The notes below the pieces were generated by a model. It was not told where the DNA came from. It searched no databases and worked only from the letters and a program-made list of their open reading frames with translations. A stretch of 64,000 bases of DNA from a virus, in IMG/VR virus record IMGVR_UViG_3300035696_000012, positions 1-64,000 of that record. One strand, 5' to 3'. Of the stretch, positions 16,710 through 27,726 are shown one piece after another (positions within the stretch are counted from its first letter, which is position 1; the number at the start of each line of letters is the position of its first letter). The position numbers were made by a program, and so were the translations under genes.

Positions 16710-17329
16710 TGCACGAAAACAAAGTAGAACTGATTGGAACATATGGTGGTGATGAAACTCATGCGTTAAGTGCTTGGACTTCGACATCAAGAGATTTAAC
16801 GGATGAGAAGCGTGGTAGAATTGGCAAACTACTAAAAATGCTTGGAGAAGAGGGTCATGGAACTCCGTTTGAAAAATCATCATTGCATTTTTTAGTTACA
16901 ACAGAAATTGCCACACATATACAAATCATAAAACATAGAATAGGTGTTAGTTTCAATGGTGAAAGCGCGCGATATAAAGAATTAAAAGATGATAAGTTTT
17001 ATATACCAAGAGATTGGATGCCTGAGGAGCAAGCATTATTGATTGAACACTGCGAAGAATCAATTCGTAAATACCATGAGTGTTTAGCTAGATTAGTATC
17101 ATCTGGCATGCCAAAGAAGAGAGCAAAGGAAAGCGCGCGTTTTTACTTACCATACGCTAATCAAATAACTGCCGATGTTATGTTTAATTTTAGATCTTTT
17201 ATGCATTTTGTAGGATTACGTAATACTGATCATGCTCAGTTAGAGATTAGAGATGTGTCGGAAAAAATGTTAGGGTTAATAAAAGAAACAGGTAAATTTA
17301 ATCTTTCATTGGAAGCATTCGGCTACTAA
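16709..17329 (+). CDS. thyX: Flavin-dependent thymidylate synthase
   Basis: KHRIGVSFNGESARY (ThyX motif), AR..LP, HAQLEIR; TAATG overlap. Confidence 0.9.
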   Translation: MHENKVELIGTYGGDETHALSAWTSTSRDLTDEKRGRIGKLLKMLGEEGHGTPFEKSSLHFLVTTEIATHIQIIKHRIGVSFNGESARYKELKDDKFYIPRDWMPEEQALLIEHCEESIRKYHECLARLVSSGMPKKRAKESARFYLPYANQITADVMFNFRSFMHFVGLRNTDHAQLEIRDVSEKMLGLIKETGKFNLSLEAFGY

Positions 17330-17356
17330 CTCATCGCAATAATTCGCTATTGTGTT

Positions 17357-20300
17357 ATGACGACACAATATGTTATGCGAGCTTTTAAAACGACAGTTCC
17401 TACTGGACATGTCTATTGGGCTGTATTAAACGCACCTGACCTAACTGGTGCTGAATCAGGCTATAATCCTGCTGATCTTACAAATATAGTAGTAGATTAT
17501 TCTTTTGAGGTTCCAATCAATGGAAGTGGTGGAGCAGTGCCTCCTGGGCTCGCTGGAGGAGATCTTACTGGAACTTATCCAGATCCTAGTGTCGCAAAAA
17601 TAGCAGGAACCAAAGTAGCAACCACTACTCCTACTGATGGGCAAGTACTTACGTACGTAGCAGCTAATCAAGATTGGGAGCCAAAACCATCCGTTGCTGG
17701 TGGTGGTAATGCTGGCGGAGATTTGTCTGGAACTTATCCTAATCCAACGGTTGCACAAATACATTCTGCAACTGTACCAGCTGCTGGTAGTTTAACTCCA
17801 GGGAATGTGCTTCAAGTAAGTGGTGCCTCAGCATTAACTTATGGACCAGTGAATCTTGCTGGTGGTATTTCTGCCATTACTGGACAATTACCTACTGGTA
17901 ATCAAGTACCTCAAACTGTTGGCGGAGATTTATCAGGAACCACAGCAAGTGCGACCATAGCTAAGTTAGATGGATATGTATTATCAGCATCCAACCCACA
18001 AACAGGACAATATCTAGGTTTCAACGGTAGCACTTGGACTCCGGCTACAATTTCATCGTCATTTCCTCCAAGTGGAGTTGCTGGCGGTGATTTAGCTGGA
18101 TCTTATCCTAATCCAACAGTAGCAAAATTACAAGGTAGATCTGTAGCCTCAATCACTCCTCAAAACGGTTATGTATTAACTTGGAACTCAACCAATATTG
18201 ACTGGGAACCAACAAGGACATTCGCTTTTGAGGTTCAAGCAAATCCCTCGTGGTTTCAAACAACATGGTACATTGATCCTCAGGGCACATTTGGTGGCGA
18301 CGATGCCAACGATGGATATACGATAAGCACACCAGTAAAAACTTGGGCACAAGTTATTTTACGACTTGGGACTTACTCACCGCTACTCACACAAAATACA
18401 ACATTTACGTTTTTATCTAATCATGTAGATAATAGTGACCCTGTTATATTTACACCATATTTAGGTGGTAATGGAATTAACGTTATAATAACAGGAGTAT
18501 TAAATTCATCAAATCAAGTTTCAACTGGTGCCTTTTCTGGATTAATTGCAAAAAACCGTGATACCGGAACATTACTCACAACAACATTAACTAATACACC
18601 AATTCCTGGATGGTTTATATATGATACGACCAATGACGGATATTCATGGGTATATAAAAATCCAAGCTCAAATGTTGCGGTTTTATCTCAACCATTAACA
18701 TCATCAGTTGCATCATTTAATACAGATGCAGATTACTTGCCAGGATATAGTTTGCCTCTATCAATAGATACGTCTATTGATGGGAATGTTTATTTTGCTT
18801 ATGAGCCCATACACGTTAATGTTGTACAAATTGCAGCTCAAATTGCAACTCAACAAAGTTTCAATACTGGTAGAATAATTATTCAAAATATAGTTATATT
18901 TGATCCCAATGGCGCTGGCAATGATGATGTTATTATCGGAGATTATGTAGCTCTATTAGAATGTAGATTAGACAAGTATTCATTAATAAAACAAGGTTAT
19001 AATGATGGTAATACTCTTCCAATTTTTAATTGTTTTACCAGTGGTAGTGTTATCGATTCACTTAGTGTGGTAGTAGGCGGTGTACATGGTCTATTATATG
19101 GTACAACATTTACATCTAATCTTGGATGTTATATTGATAATGATATTATCTTTCCATTTAATTCAAATATTAATTCAGGATTTATTAATGTTGGTAATTA
19201 TTATATTGAACAAGGAGCAACTTTTACCGCAAACTCAAATACAGAAATACAGTCTTTTTCAATATCAAATACAAATTTGACGGGTGAAGAAATTGATGGA
19301 TATAGTATTGTTTGGGGACCTGGCAATATCAACGTAAACTCATCATATATATATGATAATACGGATGTAAATAAAGCACAGGGGCATTTTAAAAATGCAG
19401 GCTCTTTAACAATAAATAATAAATTAAACGCTTATTCATTTGATCCAAGTCGTAATGGTATACTACGATCTGGAATATCAATAACTCCAGTACAATTAGA
19501 CACATCATTATCTAGCGGAGGTTTTGGTGGGACAGCATTTATTCCATCCGGAGGAACAATTACTTCGGCTGGAAATGATGGATATGGCTATGGTTATTCT
19601 ACAACTGATGCACTATCAGTCACTAACTGGTATATTGATCCTCAGGCAGGAAATGATTCAAATGACGGCAAAACAACATTAACTCCTATTCGAACATGGT
19701 CTGAATTAATTAATAGATGGGGAACCTCATCACCAATATTTAATACACCAGTTACTGTTACATTTTTGTCTGATCAGTTATCTTTTGCTGATCCTGTATA
19801 CCTTAATCCAAGATTTGGTACTAATGGCAGCTTGACTGTTCTTGGTACATTACAACATCAAATGGACGGAAACCTATCTAGTGTTGTATCAAAAAATAAA
19901 TCAGCTACAGGAGCTTATCCATCTGGTTTATTACAAGCAAATTTAACAACTGCAGCTGATGGTTACACTGGTTATTTGTTAGTTAACAATACGAGAAGTG
20001 GTGCACTTTGTTGGATTGATAGTATATCAAGTGGTGCGGCTGTTTTAACTAATCCATTTGTTTCCAATACTCCAACTTTTAATACGGCACCAAATCAAGT
20101 TGATACATTTGCTAACGGTGATAGTTTTTCCATTTATCAACCAACTAAAATCTATGTTAGTGGATTTGTTCCAGGTATTGGTGTAGGTAATATAGTTTTC
20201 GCACATGTATGGTTTATGGATCCTGTATCAGTTGGAACAACACAGGTGTCAATGCCATATTCATCATCTTGTTTCGAATCAAGAACAGATATTTTTATGA

Positions 20301-21229
20301 TTTTTGATATAGTCACCACAGTAGGTATTGGAGGCAATTTAATAAACTCCTGGGCTAATGGAGGAGTATATATAACGTCAAATGGATCAATGGTCGGTGG
20401 TGGATCAAATGCCGCGGTATCAAACGCTAATACTTTCATTAATTCCTTCGTTGATGGAGATGCCATTATTCATGGTAATACAGGATTTAATGCTATATGT
20501 CAAATTGGATCTGCTTATTTAGATAATTCTAATGTATCGGTTCAAGATAATGTCACATTTATTTCTGGTGATTTAATTCTAGATGTTGATCAGGGTACTA
20601 ATTACCAATTTGGTTTATATGGCCAATATACATTGGGATTTTCTGATGCCATCGGTAAATTAACTTATCTTAATGCTACAGCGGATCAATGGTTTCTTGG
20701 GACTCCAACTCTTAATATGGATGGCGTTGCATTTGCTAATGCATATGATAGATCGGTAAGTCCCGGAGTGTTATATCCTGCACGACAGTTAATTGTATCC
20801 AATTTGGATTTACCAATTTCTCAAGGAGGATTCGGTGGATTAGCAGAAGGAGACAGCGGATCTGTTATATATAACGGATCACAATCTTCTACATCACCAA
20901 CAGTGCTTTTCACTGTCGGAGGAGCGGGTTTTCAAGATGGTTACACATCAGTATCTCTCACAACCGGAACTGTTACATTAACTGCTGCTGAATATCAATT
21001 CCCAACAATCATATTTACAGGATCATTGTCAGGAAATGTTACTATAGTATTCCCGGCAATTAGCGGAGGAAGTTGGACTATCGACGCTACATCAGTAACA
21101 TTAAACACTAACACAATTACATTACAAGCAAATGGAAATAATTGGGGAACTACCGTTGGTACAACAAATCTATACAGTATATATTACGGTGGTACTGGCA
21201 GACTTTACGGACAAACCCTAACGCCATAA
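17357..21229 (+). CDS. 1290-aa tail fibre/spike-like virion protein
   Basis: GGDLxGTYPNPTV repeats then two WYIDPQ..NDG.T..TP..TW beta-helix-type starts. Confidence 0.7.
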   Translation: MTTQYVMRAFKTTVPTGHVYWAVLNAPDLTGAESGYNPADLTNIVVDYSFEVPINGSGGAVPPGLAGGDLTGTYPDPSVAKIAGTKVATTTPTDGQVLTYVAANQDWEPKPSVAGGGNAGGDLSGTYPNPTVAQIHSATVPAAGSLTPGNVLQVSGASALTYGPVNLAGGISAITGQLPTGNQVPQTVGGDLSGTTASATIAKLDGYVLSASNPQTGQYLGFNGSTWTPATISSSFPPSGVAGGDLAGSYPNPTVAKLQGRSVASITPQNGYVLTWNSTNIDWEPTRTFAFEVQANPSWFQTTWYIDPQGTFGGDDANDGYTISTPVKTWAQVILRLGTYSPLLTQNTTFTFLSNHVDNSDPVIFTPYLGGNGINVIITGVLNSSNQVSTGAFSGLIAKNRDTGTLLTTTLTNTPIPGWFIYDTTNDGYSWVYKNPSSNVAVLSQPLTSSVASFNTDADYLPGYSLPLSIDTSIDGNVYFAYEPIHVNVVQIAAQIATQQSFNTGRIIIQNIVIFDPNGAGNDDVIIGDYVALLECRLDKYSLIKQGYNDGNTLPIFNCFTSGSVIDSLSVVVGGVHGLLYGTTFTSNLGCYIDNDIIFPFNSNINSGFINVGNYYIEQGATFTANSNTEIQSFSISNTNLTGEEIDGYSIVWGPGNINVNSSYIYDNTDVNKAQGHFKNAGSLTINNKLNAYSFDPSRNGILRSGISITPVQLDTSLSSGGFGGTAFIPSGGTITSAGNDGYGYGYSTTDALSVTNWYIDPQAGNDSNDGKTTLTPIRTWSELINRWGTSSPIFNTPVTVTFLSDQLSFADPVYLNPRFGTNGSLTVLGTLQHQMDGNLSSVVSKNKSATGAYPSGLLQANLTTAADGYTGYLLVNNTRSGALCWIDSISSGAAVLTNPFVSNTPTFNTAPNQVDTFANGDSFSIYQPTKIYVSGFVPGIGVGNIVFAHVWFMDPVSVGTTQVSMPYSSSCFESRTDIFMIFDIVTTVGIGGNLINSWANGGVYITSNGSMVGGGSNAAVSNANTFINSFVDGDAIIHGNTGFNAICQIGSAYLDNSNVSVQDNVTFISGDLILDVDQGTNYQFGLYGQYTLGFSDAIGKLTYLNATADQWFLGTPTLNMDGVAFANAYDRSVSPGVLYPARQLIVSNLDLPISQGGFGGLAEGDSGSVIYNGSQSSTSPTVLFTVGGAGFQDGYTSVSLTTGTVTLTAAEYQFPTIIFTGSLSGNVTIVFPAISGGSWTIDATSVTLNTNTITLQANGNNWGTTVGTTNLYSIYYGGTGRLYGQTLTP

Positions 21230-21239
21230 AATTATATAA

Positions 21240-21632
21240 TTATCTATATAATGGATAGTGTCGGCAACGCCAACATAGTAGCTTGGTTTCCTCAAAATTG
21301 GCACATGCCATTGGAAAAAACTCGTTACATTCGCAACATCGCATGCCATCAAGTCTGCTATGTATTAAGGCTATATTATGTTCAGTTATATAATAAGTAT
21401 AACTGTCTATAAACCTTTTATCTATTTTATATCTTCTTAAATTGTCCGAAGACAAATATATACTACCATCAAGAAAATAATTATTTGGGAGATATATCAT
21501 ATATCCACTGTTATATAGTGATATAATCTCAAATACTTTTTTCTCGCACCCGGCTTCATCGTAAATATTTACGATTTTATTTTCTTTTATCTTACATACT
21601 ACTTTATCACCGGGTGAACAATGTAGTCCCAT
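21240..21632 (-). CDS. Hypothetical protein with C-terminal zinc finger
   Basis: CCEC..CWRC. Confidence 0.7.
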   Translation of the reverse strand: MGLHCSPGDKVVCKIKENKIVNIYDEAGCEKKVFEIISLYNSGYMIYLPNNYFLDGSIYLSSDNLRRYKIDKRFIDSYTYYITEHNIALIHSRLDGMRCCECNEFFPMACANFEETKLLCWRCRHYPLYR

Positions 21633-21647
21633 TTATTATATATGAAA

Positions 21648-22121
21648 TTATTGGCTATTCGTGGGTTCATTATAAAAATACACGCTCGTGCCTTGCTCAA
21701 TAAGATTCGTTACCAACAGACCTTCTAATTCTGGAATAGTAGATGTTAGTAGTGTTGATACGTGAACGCTAGCTTTTTCATATCTGGCTTTCTCGCCAAG
21801 TTTTTTTACTGCTGTTTGCAATGCTTTTGAATCTACTTTTCCATTTTTATCCTGTACCAACATAGATATAACCCATGTATCACTAGCTGTTGCTGTTTCA
21901 TTCAGTGCCCCAAGCTTGAAATTCATTTGTGTAGCAAACCAGTATGAGTTGTCTTCTTTTACCTTGCTCCATCGTTTTGCTAAAATTAAACTTAATGGAG
22001 AAGTAAATTTACCATCTTGTCCAACAACATTAATAATAAATCGAAGCCCGGCATTTTCCGGCGATAGAATTGATGCGTTAACTACTTTTGTTTTACCTTG
22101 TGCTATAAATCTTTTATCCAT
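21648..22121 (-). CDS. Macro-domain-like protein (degenerate)
   Basis: FIINVV..G.F...LAKRW..V..G..WVISML..SVHV topology resembles Poa1/DarG-type macro domains. Confidence 0.5.
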   Translation of the reverse strand: MDKRFIAQGKTKVVNASILSPENAGLRFIINVVGQDGKFTSPLSLILAKRWSKVKEDNSYWFATQMNFKLGALNETATASDTWVISMLVQDKNGKVDSKALQTAVKKLGEKARYEKASVHVSTLLTSTIPELEGLLVTNLIEQGTSVYFYNEPTNSQ

Positions 22122-22139
22122 CTATATCTCCTGTTTTTT

Positions 22140-22745
22140 CTATATCAATGATTTTATTTCTATTAATTTATTTTCTAATTCTTTTTGATTAAATTTGTCA
22201 AGCTCAAAATGTATTGATTTAAATCCTAATTTTTCTCCACCACGCACATTTTCAATTCTATCATCTAAATATAAACATCCTTTAAATTCTGGGTTCATAT
22301 CTAAAAATGTTTTATAGTATAGAAAACTGGGTTTTCTTGCTCCAACTTCACAACTAAAAAACTTTATACTGTATTGATATAAAAAACCTCCTAGAATATT
22401 TCCTATTAGGGCTGCGTGTTCTATTCCTATATTACTTAACAGCGCTATTTTTACATTTTCATCTAACAATTTTTCCAAAAACTCTACAACAGTTCTGTCT
22501 GCGGTAATTACCTTATTCCATTCGTCTATTAAATGCTGTATAATAACAGGTGACTTGATCTTAAAATGATCTCTGAGCTCATCTGATATTTGAGTTAGAC
22601 CCATATCATGTAGCTTTGTCGTTCTATGTAAAAAATAATTTACATCTTCGAGTGGAAGATTAAGTGTTCCTGATAGTTTATTTAAAAAATTATCAAATTG
22701 TACGTTACAAACAACATTACCTAAATCAACCGCTAAATATTTCAT
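22140..22745 (-). CDS. HAD-superfamily phosphatase (YihX-like)
   Basis: VDLGNV, LSN, RKP, YLDDRIENV. Confidence 0.9.
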   Translation of the reverse strand: MKYLAVDLGNVVCNVQFDNFLNKLSGTLNLPLEDVNYFLHRTTKLHDMGLTQISDELRDHFKIKSPVIIQHLIDEWNKVITADRTVVEFLEKLLDENVKIALLSNIGIEHAALIGNILGGFLYQYSIKFFSCEVGARKPSFLYYKTFLDMNPEFKGCLYLDDRIENVRGGEKLGFKSIHFELDKFNQKELENKLIEIKSLI

Positions 22746-23695
22746 AGTTCTCCTAAGTGTTCTGATATAAATTTAACCTTATCATTTAACTCTATATTAA
22801 TTTGATATGATTGATTATAGTTAAACGATGCACATCCTAATTTAAAATATTGATTAATCATTGATACAATAACAGTCTCTATATCATCATACCTTGGAAT
22901 GGATACATTATATTTTTGATTATAAAACGCGTCTGCTGCAAACACAGCAGTACCATCAGAAATAAAATACTTACAATTTTCAATATATTTTTTATAAATA
23001 TTTTCTGCTAAAATATTAACTGTTTTTATTGTACCAAACTTTTCAGTATGTGAAGGAGAAAATAAGATTGAATCTTTATCTTTCAATTCATTAATAATAT
23101 TTTTATTTGATTGTGCTATAGCTAAAAAATAATCAACATTGTCAACACCATTACCTAAAATAAAATTAGGTCTTATCCATTCATAATCAGATGATATTAT
23201 ATTATTATGAGGTGTATCACATATATGCGATAGTATAAATCTTCTATTTGAATTATTTAATATATTCAATATATATCCATTTTTCCTCGGACTGGAGTCA
23301 AATAAATAAAAATAATTTTTATGTATACCCGTATTATATTTTACATTATTATCTATTCCATAATATAGATTAATCGGACTAAATTGCCATAATTTTATAT
23401 TCAACTCTAATGCTATATTAGATGTATATATATCAAAATCACTTATTATTAAATCTGGTGCAAATCTTTTAATTTCATTATAATAATAAATATAATTACC
23501 ATTGAATGATATTTCTTGTGGGTTCGTTATATTTAATAAACTATCTAACATAAAATCAACGTTTAAGTCTACTAATGATTTTTTGTATGTTGCAATTTTT
23601 ATATTATATTTTTTGTGTTGGATAGATTGTAAGAATCGCTTTAATTGGTAATATGATCCTAAACGATTTCCGGCAGCATATAATATTTTTAACAT
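22742..23695 (-). CDS. GT-B glycosyltransferase-like protein
   Basis: MKILYA..G, PDLIISDF, ISDG...ADAFY..SIP. Confidence 0.6.
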   Translation of the reverse strand: MLKILYAAGNRLGSYYQLKRFLQSIQHKKYNIKIATYKKSLVDLNVDFMLDSLLNITNPQEISFNGNYIYYYNEIKRFAPDLIISDFDIYTSNIALELNIKLWQFSPINLYYGIDNNVKYNTGIHKNYFYLFDSSPRKNGYILNILNNSNRRFILSHICDTPHNNIISSDYEWIRPNFILGNGVDNVDYFLAIAQSNKNIINELKDKDSILFSPSHTEKFGTIKTVNILAENIYKKYIENCKYFISDGTAVFAADAFYNQKYNVSIPRYDDIETVIVSMINQYFKLGCASFNYNQSYQINIELNDKVKFISEHLGEL

Positions 23696-24288
23696 TATTT
23701 TTTTGCTAAATTTCTAATAAAATTAGCTTGCTTTAAAAATAAATCTTTGGTCATGCGTACATCTGACGAGGCTCGATGCGCTTTCTCTTTTTTGATACCA
23801 TATTTTTGGACTAATCCATTCAAATTATAATATTCGCTTTGTTCTGTTATTCCTATAACATCCATAAAAACCTGAATTTGCATTGTATCTAATGCATATC
23901 GTTTTGAAAACGGAAACGTTTCACTTGCGTTAATTTTATTCCACATCGCAATTAACATATCTTTATCAAACCCACAAATATTGTGTCCAACAAGTAAACG
24001 CTCTTCCGATGTATGAAAATCATTCATCAGCCAATTTTCAATTTCAGCGGCAGCTTTTTCTGTTGATATGTATGTTTCTCTGCCTTCTTTTGTATTGTGC
24101 AATAAATCATCTAAATTATGACCATTTACTCGTAAGGCATCTGGTTGAATATTATCAGTACGAATAGGTTTTATACACCAAGTTTTTTGGTCACCGGTGG
24201 ATAGACGGTAAAATGATACCTCAATAACATCATGTTCTAATGTAAGTCCGCTAGTTTCACAATCTGTAACATATAGTTCATATTTCAT
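23695..24288 (-). CDS. DEDDh 3'-5' exonuclease (second copy)
   Basis: DCETSG, GHN..FD, HRASSD; GGAG RBS before MKYELY. Confidence 0.9.
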   Translation of the reverse strand: MKYELYVTDCETSGLTLEHDVIEVSFYRLSTGDQKTWCIKPIRTDNIQPDALRVNGHNLDDLLHNTKEGRETYISTEKAAAEIENWLMNDFHTSEERLLVGHNICGFDKDMLIAMWNKINASETFPFSKRYALDTMQIQVFMDVIGITEQSEYYNLNGLVQKYGIKKEKAHRASSDVRMTKDLFLKQANFIRNLAKK

Positions 24289-24358
24289 ATTTATCTCCAA
24301 TGGTACTAATAGTATAAATATTAAAATAATAATGAACAATATGGATATAAATAAAAAA

Positions 24359-24712
24359 TTATGTTAATATTTTTTTTAATTCTTTTTTTAAACTCAATAA
24401 TGATTTAATGCCTATTTTTCCGCGCGCTATCAAAAAATTAAATCCGTCAGAAGTGCGAAGAAACTCTCGTTCTTTTTTTGATATCTTTGCTCCATCAACA
24501 ACGAAAATAATTTTTTTATTTTCAATAATATTCCATTTCTCATTTTTATTTGTTGTTATTTTTTTCACTCTAATAATTTTTTCAACTGTATTTTTTTCTT
24601 CATCAAATAGATCATAATCAAACTTACTAAATGTATGTTTAGTTTTTGTTCCTTCGGAATAATGCTCATTTTCAGTCGTTACTAAACTATAATCATTAGA
24701 ATATTTTTGCAT
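24359..24712 (-). CDS. Hypothetical protein
   Basis: ORF track. Confidence 0.7.
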   Translation of the reverse strand: MQKYSNDYSLVTTENEHYSEGTKTKHTFSKFDYDLFDEEKNTVEKIIRVKKITTNKNEKWNIIENKKIIFVVDGAKISKKEREFLRTSDGFNFLIARGKIGIKSLLSLKKELKKILT

Positions 24713-24720
24713 ATATTTTC

Positions 24721-25932
24721 CTATTTAGTTGTCGCATCTGCTGCAGTTAATCCAGTTAATATTGCACTTAACAATCCTGTATTTCCTGATGCCTCTCCTG
24801 CACAAAACATATTAGATACATCGGTTTCCATATTATTTTTAACATTTATTTTTGATGTCATAGGTAATATTGTTGGAACATAAAAATAACCTTTATTAAT
24901 TATTTCTGGCATAAATACTCCTACTTTTTCAATTGCGTCAGGAAGCCAACTGTATTCTTCCATAACAGATATAATGCTTTTATGTTTTATTATATGTGAT
25001 ATTTTTTCTTTCATAACTCTATCATCTGCTAAAATAAATGTTAATTGACCAATCCTATTTACTTGTTCAAAACCTTTATTTAAAAAAACTCTGTTACCAA
25101 TTAAATTAAAAGATACTTTATGTGGTGGTTTATTCCATCTAGCTTCGTTACTCCTGAACGAAGAAATTGCCATATCAGTATGATCTTCTGGAATTACAGT
25201 TCCATTCCAAGAAAGAGGACCTATTTCTAAATCTTTAGAAATAATTGAACAATTTGATTTATTAAAATCTTTCATTATATTTGATAGAATTTCTACTCTA
25301 ATCCCAAATTTAGCAATATTATTATCAGTTACAATACCGAATGAATTATATAAATTGTTGGTCCATCTCCAACCACTTCTCCCAGTACAAATTATAACTT
25401 TTTTACAAGTAATTTGTTTAGACTGTGATGATATCGTAAAATTATTTTTATTTTTGACAACACTTTTTATTTCTTCATCAAAATATAATATGGTATTTTT
25501 TTCTATATCATTAACTATTTTTTTAGACAGCGTATGAATTTCTTTTGGGTATAATTGTATATAATCATTTTTAATAACTTCAAAACCACTTTTTTTAATT
25601 TTTTTATCTAGATTTGTTTTTGGACCTGTATCTTTAATAACGCTTAAATCAAATATGTTTTTAACATAATTATTAAACCATTTTAATGCAGTATTAGATT
25701 TACGAGTTCCTATTAATTTCGAGATCTTATCAAGATCAGATAGGTATAATTTTCCATCACCAGTTGGTAACGTACCTAAAAATCCTTCCATTTGGGAACG
25801 CCTTTTACCTGGCGCACTTCCAGTATCAAAAAGAATAACTTTCATTCCCTTATGTTCTTTTGCTATTTTTAATGCAGCAAAAGTTCCAGAAACACCAGAT
25901 CCTATAATTGCAATATCAAAATTATTAACCAT
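24721..25932 (-). CDS. FAD-dependent oxidoreductase
   Basis: IIGSGVSG Rossmann motif; CTGRSG; C-terminal ET..NMFCAGE. Confidence 0.85.
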   Translation of the reverse strand: MVNNFDIAIIGSGVSGTFAALKIAKEHKGMKVILFDTGSAPGKRRSQMEGFLGTLPTGDGKLYLSDLDKISKLIGTRKSNTALKWFNNYVKNIFDLSVIKDTGPKTNLDKKIKKSGFEVIKNDYIQLYPKEIHTLSKKIVNDIEKNTILYFDEEIKSVVKNKNNFTISSQSKQITCKKVIICTGRSGWRWTNNLYNSFGIVTDNNIAKFGIRVEILSNIMKDFNKSNCSIISKDLEIGPLSWNGTVIPEDHTDMAISSFRSNEARWNKPPHKVSFNLIGNRVFLNKGFEQVNRIGQLTFILADDRVMKEKISHIIKHKSIISVMEEYSWLPDAIEKVGVFMPEIINKGYFYVPTILPMTSKINVKNNMETDVSNMFCAGEASGNTGLLSAILTGLTAADATTK

Positions 25933-25976
25933 AGATACCTTTCAAGATATCTATATCACATTAAATAAAACTATGA

Positions 25977-26354
25977 TTAAAAATTAAGCCATTTTACAGT
26001 CACCGGACTTGTTATATTAGCTTTTGCCATTTTTAATGCATTAGCCATTGGTACTGATAGCTTTTGCTTTAATAAGATATTTAATCTTCCTGATACTTTA
26101 GGATTGTTTGGAACTAAAACTGAATTAAATGTAACAGTTGGACCTTTATTAATCAATATAAATATTGTAACAGAAGCATCATCTGGTACTCCGGCTTGAT
26201 TTAACATTGGTGCCACCACCGATGATAGTTGCCACAATCTTGCATTCTCTAAATAAGTTTCAATGTCTCCGCTTTGAGCTGATGAAATAGCCTGAGCTTG
26301 TTTTTCAAACAATACTGCCAAGTTATAAATAGATTGTAGTTTCTTTGAATCCAT
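25977..26354 (-). CDS. Hypothetical protein with LAVLFEKQAQ leader
   Basis: ORF track; leader shared with 9454-10119. Confidence 0.7.
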   Translation of the reverse strand: MDSKKLQSIYNLAVLFEKQAQAISSAQSGDIETYLENARLWQLSSVVAPMLNQAGVPDDASVTIFILINKGPTVTFNSVLVPNNPKVSGRLNILLKQKLSVPMANALKMAKANITSPVTVKWLNF

Positions 26355-26422
26355 TACTTGCCTATATCGGTATAATTTATTATTAGTATAGTTTTGATAC
26401 TAAAAAATCGGCATATACTTGA

Positions 26423-27697
26423 ATGCCATCATCAATTCTTTATCCTGCAGCCCTGGACAATACCAGTACGCTTCCAACAGTTTTTGACAACACTACGCCA
26501 GTTAAGGCAGAAAATGTTAACATTTTACGTGATGCCATTCTTGCTATTGAAGCGACATTAGGAGTTAAGCCTCAGGGTATATACACAACTGTTCGAGCCA
26601 GATTAGATGCTTTGGATGCAATTATAGCATCAATTATTAGCGGGGGTGGCGGCGGAGGAGGTGGCGGTGGAACAGTAGTTTTTGCCGGTGATTTGATGGG
26701 AACAACGAATCATCAAATAGTTATAGGATTACAAAATAATCCAATTAATCCAATAGTACCAATTGCCGGTCAAACATTAATATTCGATGGATATCAATGG
26801 AATCCAAGTACAAATTTTTTAGGATTAGAAATTATTACTGGACCTATTTTATCGACATCTGAAAACACAGGACTGATAGAATTAGATGGTAAATTCATAG
26901 TAAATGGTATAAATATATCACCATCATCTATATCAGATATGGGGCAAGGTATTATTTATTATGACTCAACTTTAAATAAATTCCAAGTTTCTGAAGACGG
27001 TGGATCATATGTAAATCTTATCGGTGGTTCAACCGGTGGTATTGCTAGTGGTGATTTAGACGGATATTATCCTGATCCAGTTGTGATTGGAATACAAACT
27101 ATTCCAGTAAATTCAATATCTCCAACGGCAGGTCAAGCATTGATGTACGACGGGTATCAATGGACTCCAGGGAGTAATTTTATTAATCAGGACATTTTTA
27201 CGACAGGCAGTATAACATCTGGTCCAGATTTGTCAACCTCTGCAACCACTGGATTACTAACATTAGACGGTAAAATGATTATCAATAGTATTGATACATC
27301 ATTTGTATCTGATTCTGGTCAAGCAATAATGTATTTTGATGGTTACTCTAATAGCTTATTGATATCAGAAAATGGTAATCCTTATGTTAATTTATTTGCT
27401 GATATTCGTAACATAGTTAATATAAATACAACTGGATATACAACAACTCAAAATGATTCTGTTATATTGGTGACCTCTTCTGGAAGTCCAATAACAGTGA
27501 ACTTAATTAATAACCCAATCGTTGGAACAGTACATACAATAAAAGACAAATCTGGTAACTCTGCTAATGTTAATTACAATATTACAGTACAATCTTCGGG
27601 AGGCGCTTTAATCGATGGAGCAGCTTCTTATGTAATTGAAGTTAATTATGCTAGTGTAAGTTTTATGTTTGATGGAACTAATTGGTATAGCGTATAA
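26423..27697 (+). CDS. Virion fibre-associated protein, paralogue of 41586-42428
   Basis: Shared N-terminus NILRDAILA..TLGVKPQG..TVRARLDAL and C-terminal IKD..IDG..NY..DG.W module. Confidence 0.75.
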   Translation: MPSSILYPAALDNTSTLPTVFDNTTPVKAENVNILRDAILAIEATLGVKPQGIYTTVRARLDALDAIIASIISGGGGGGGGGGTVVFAGDLMGTTNHQIVIGLQNNPINPIVPIAGQTLIFDGYQWNPSTNFLGLEIITGPILSTSENTGLIELDGKFIVNGINISPSSISDMGQGIIYYDSTLNKFQVSEDGGSYVNLIGGSTGGIASGDLDGYYPDPVVIGIQTIPVNSISPTAGQALMYDGYQWTPGSNFINQDIFTTGSITSGPDLSTSATTGLLTLDGKMIINSIDTSFVSDSGQAIMYFDGYSNSLLISENGNPYVNLFADIRNIVNINTTGYTTTQNDSVILVTSSGSPITVNLINNPIVGTVHTIKDKSGNSANVNYNITVQSSGGALIDGAASYVIEVNYASVSFMFDGTNWYSV

Positions 27698-27726
27698 TAA
27701 TCTAACATATTTAATAAGGATATAAA

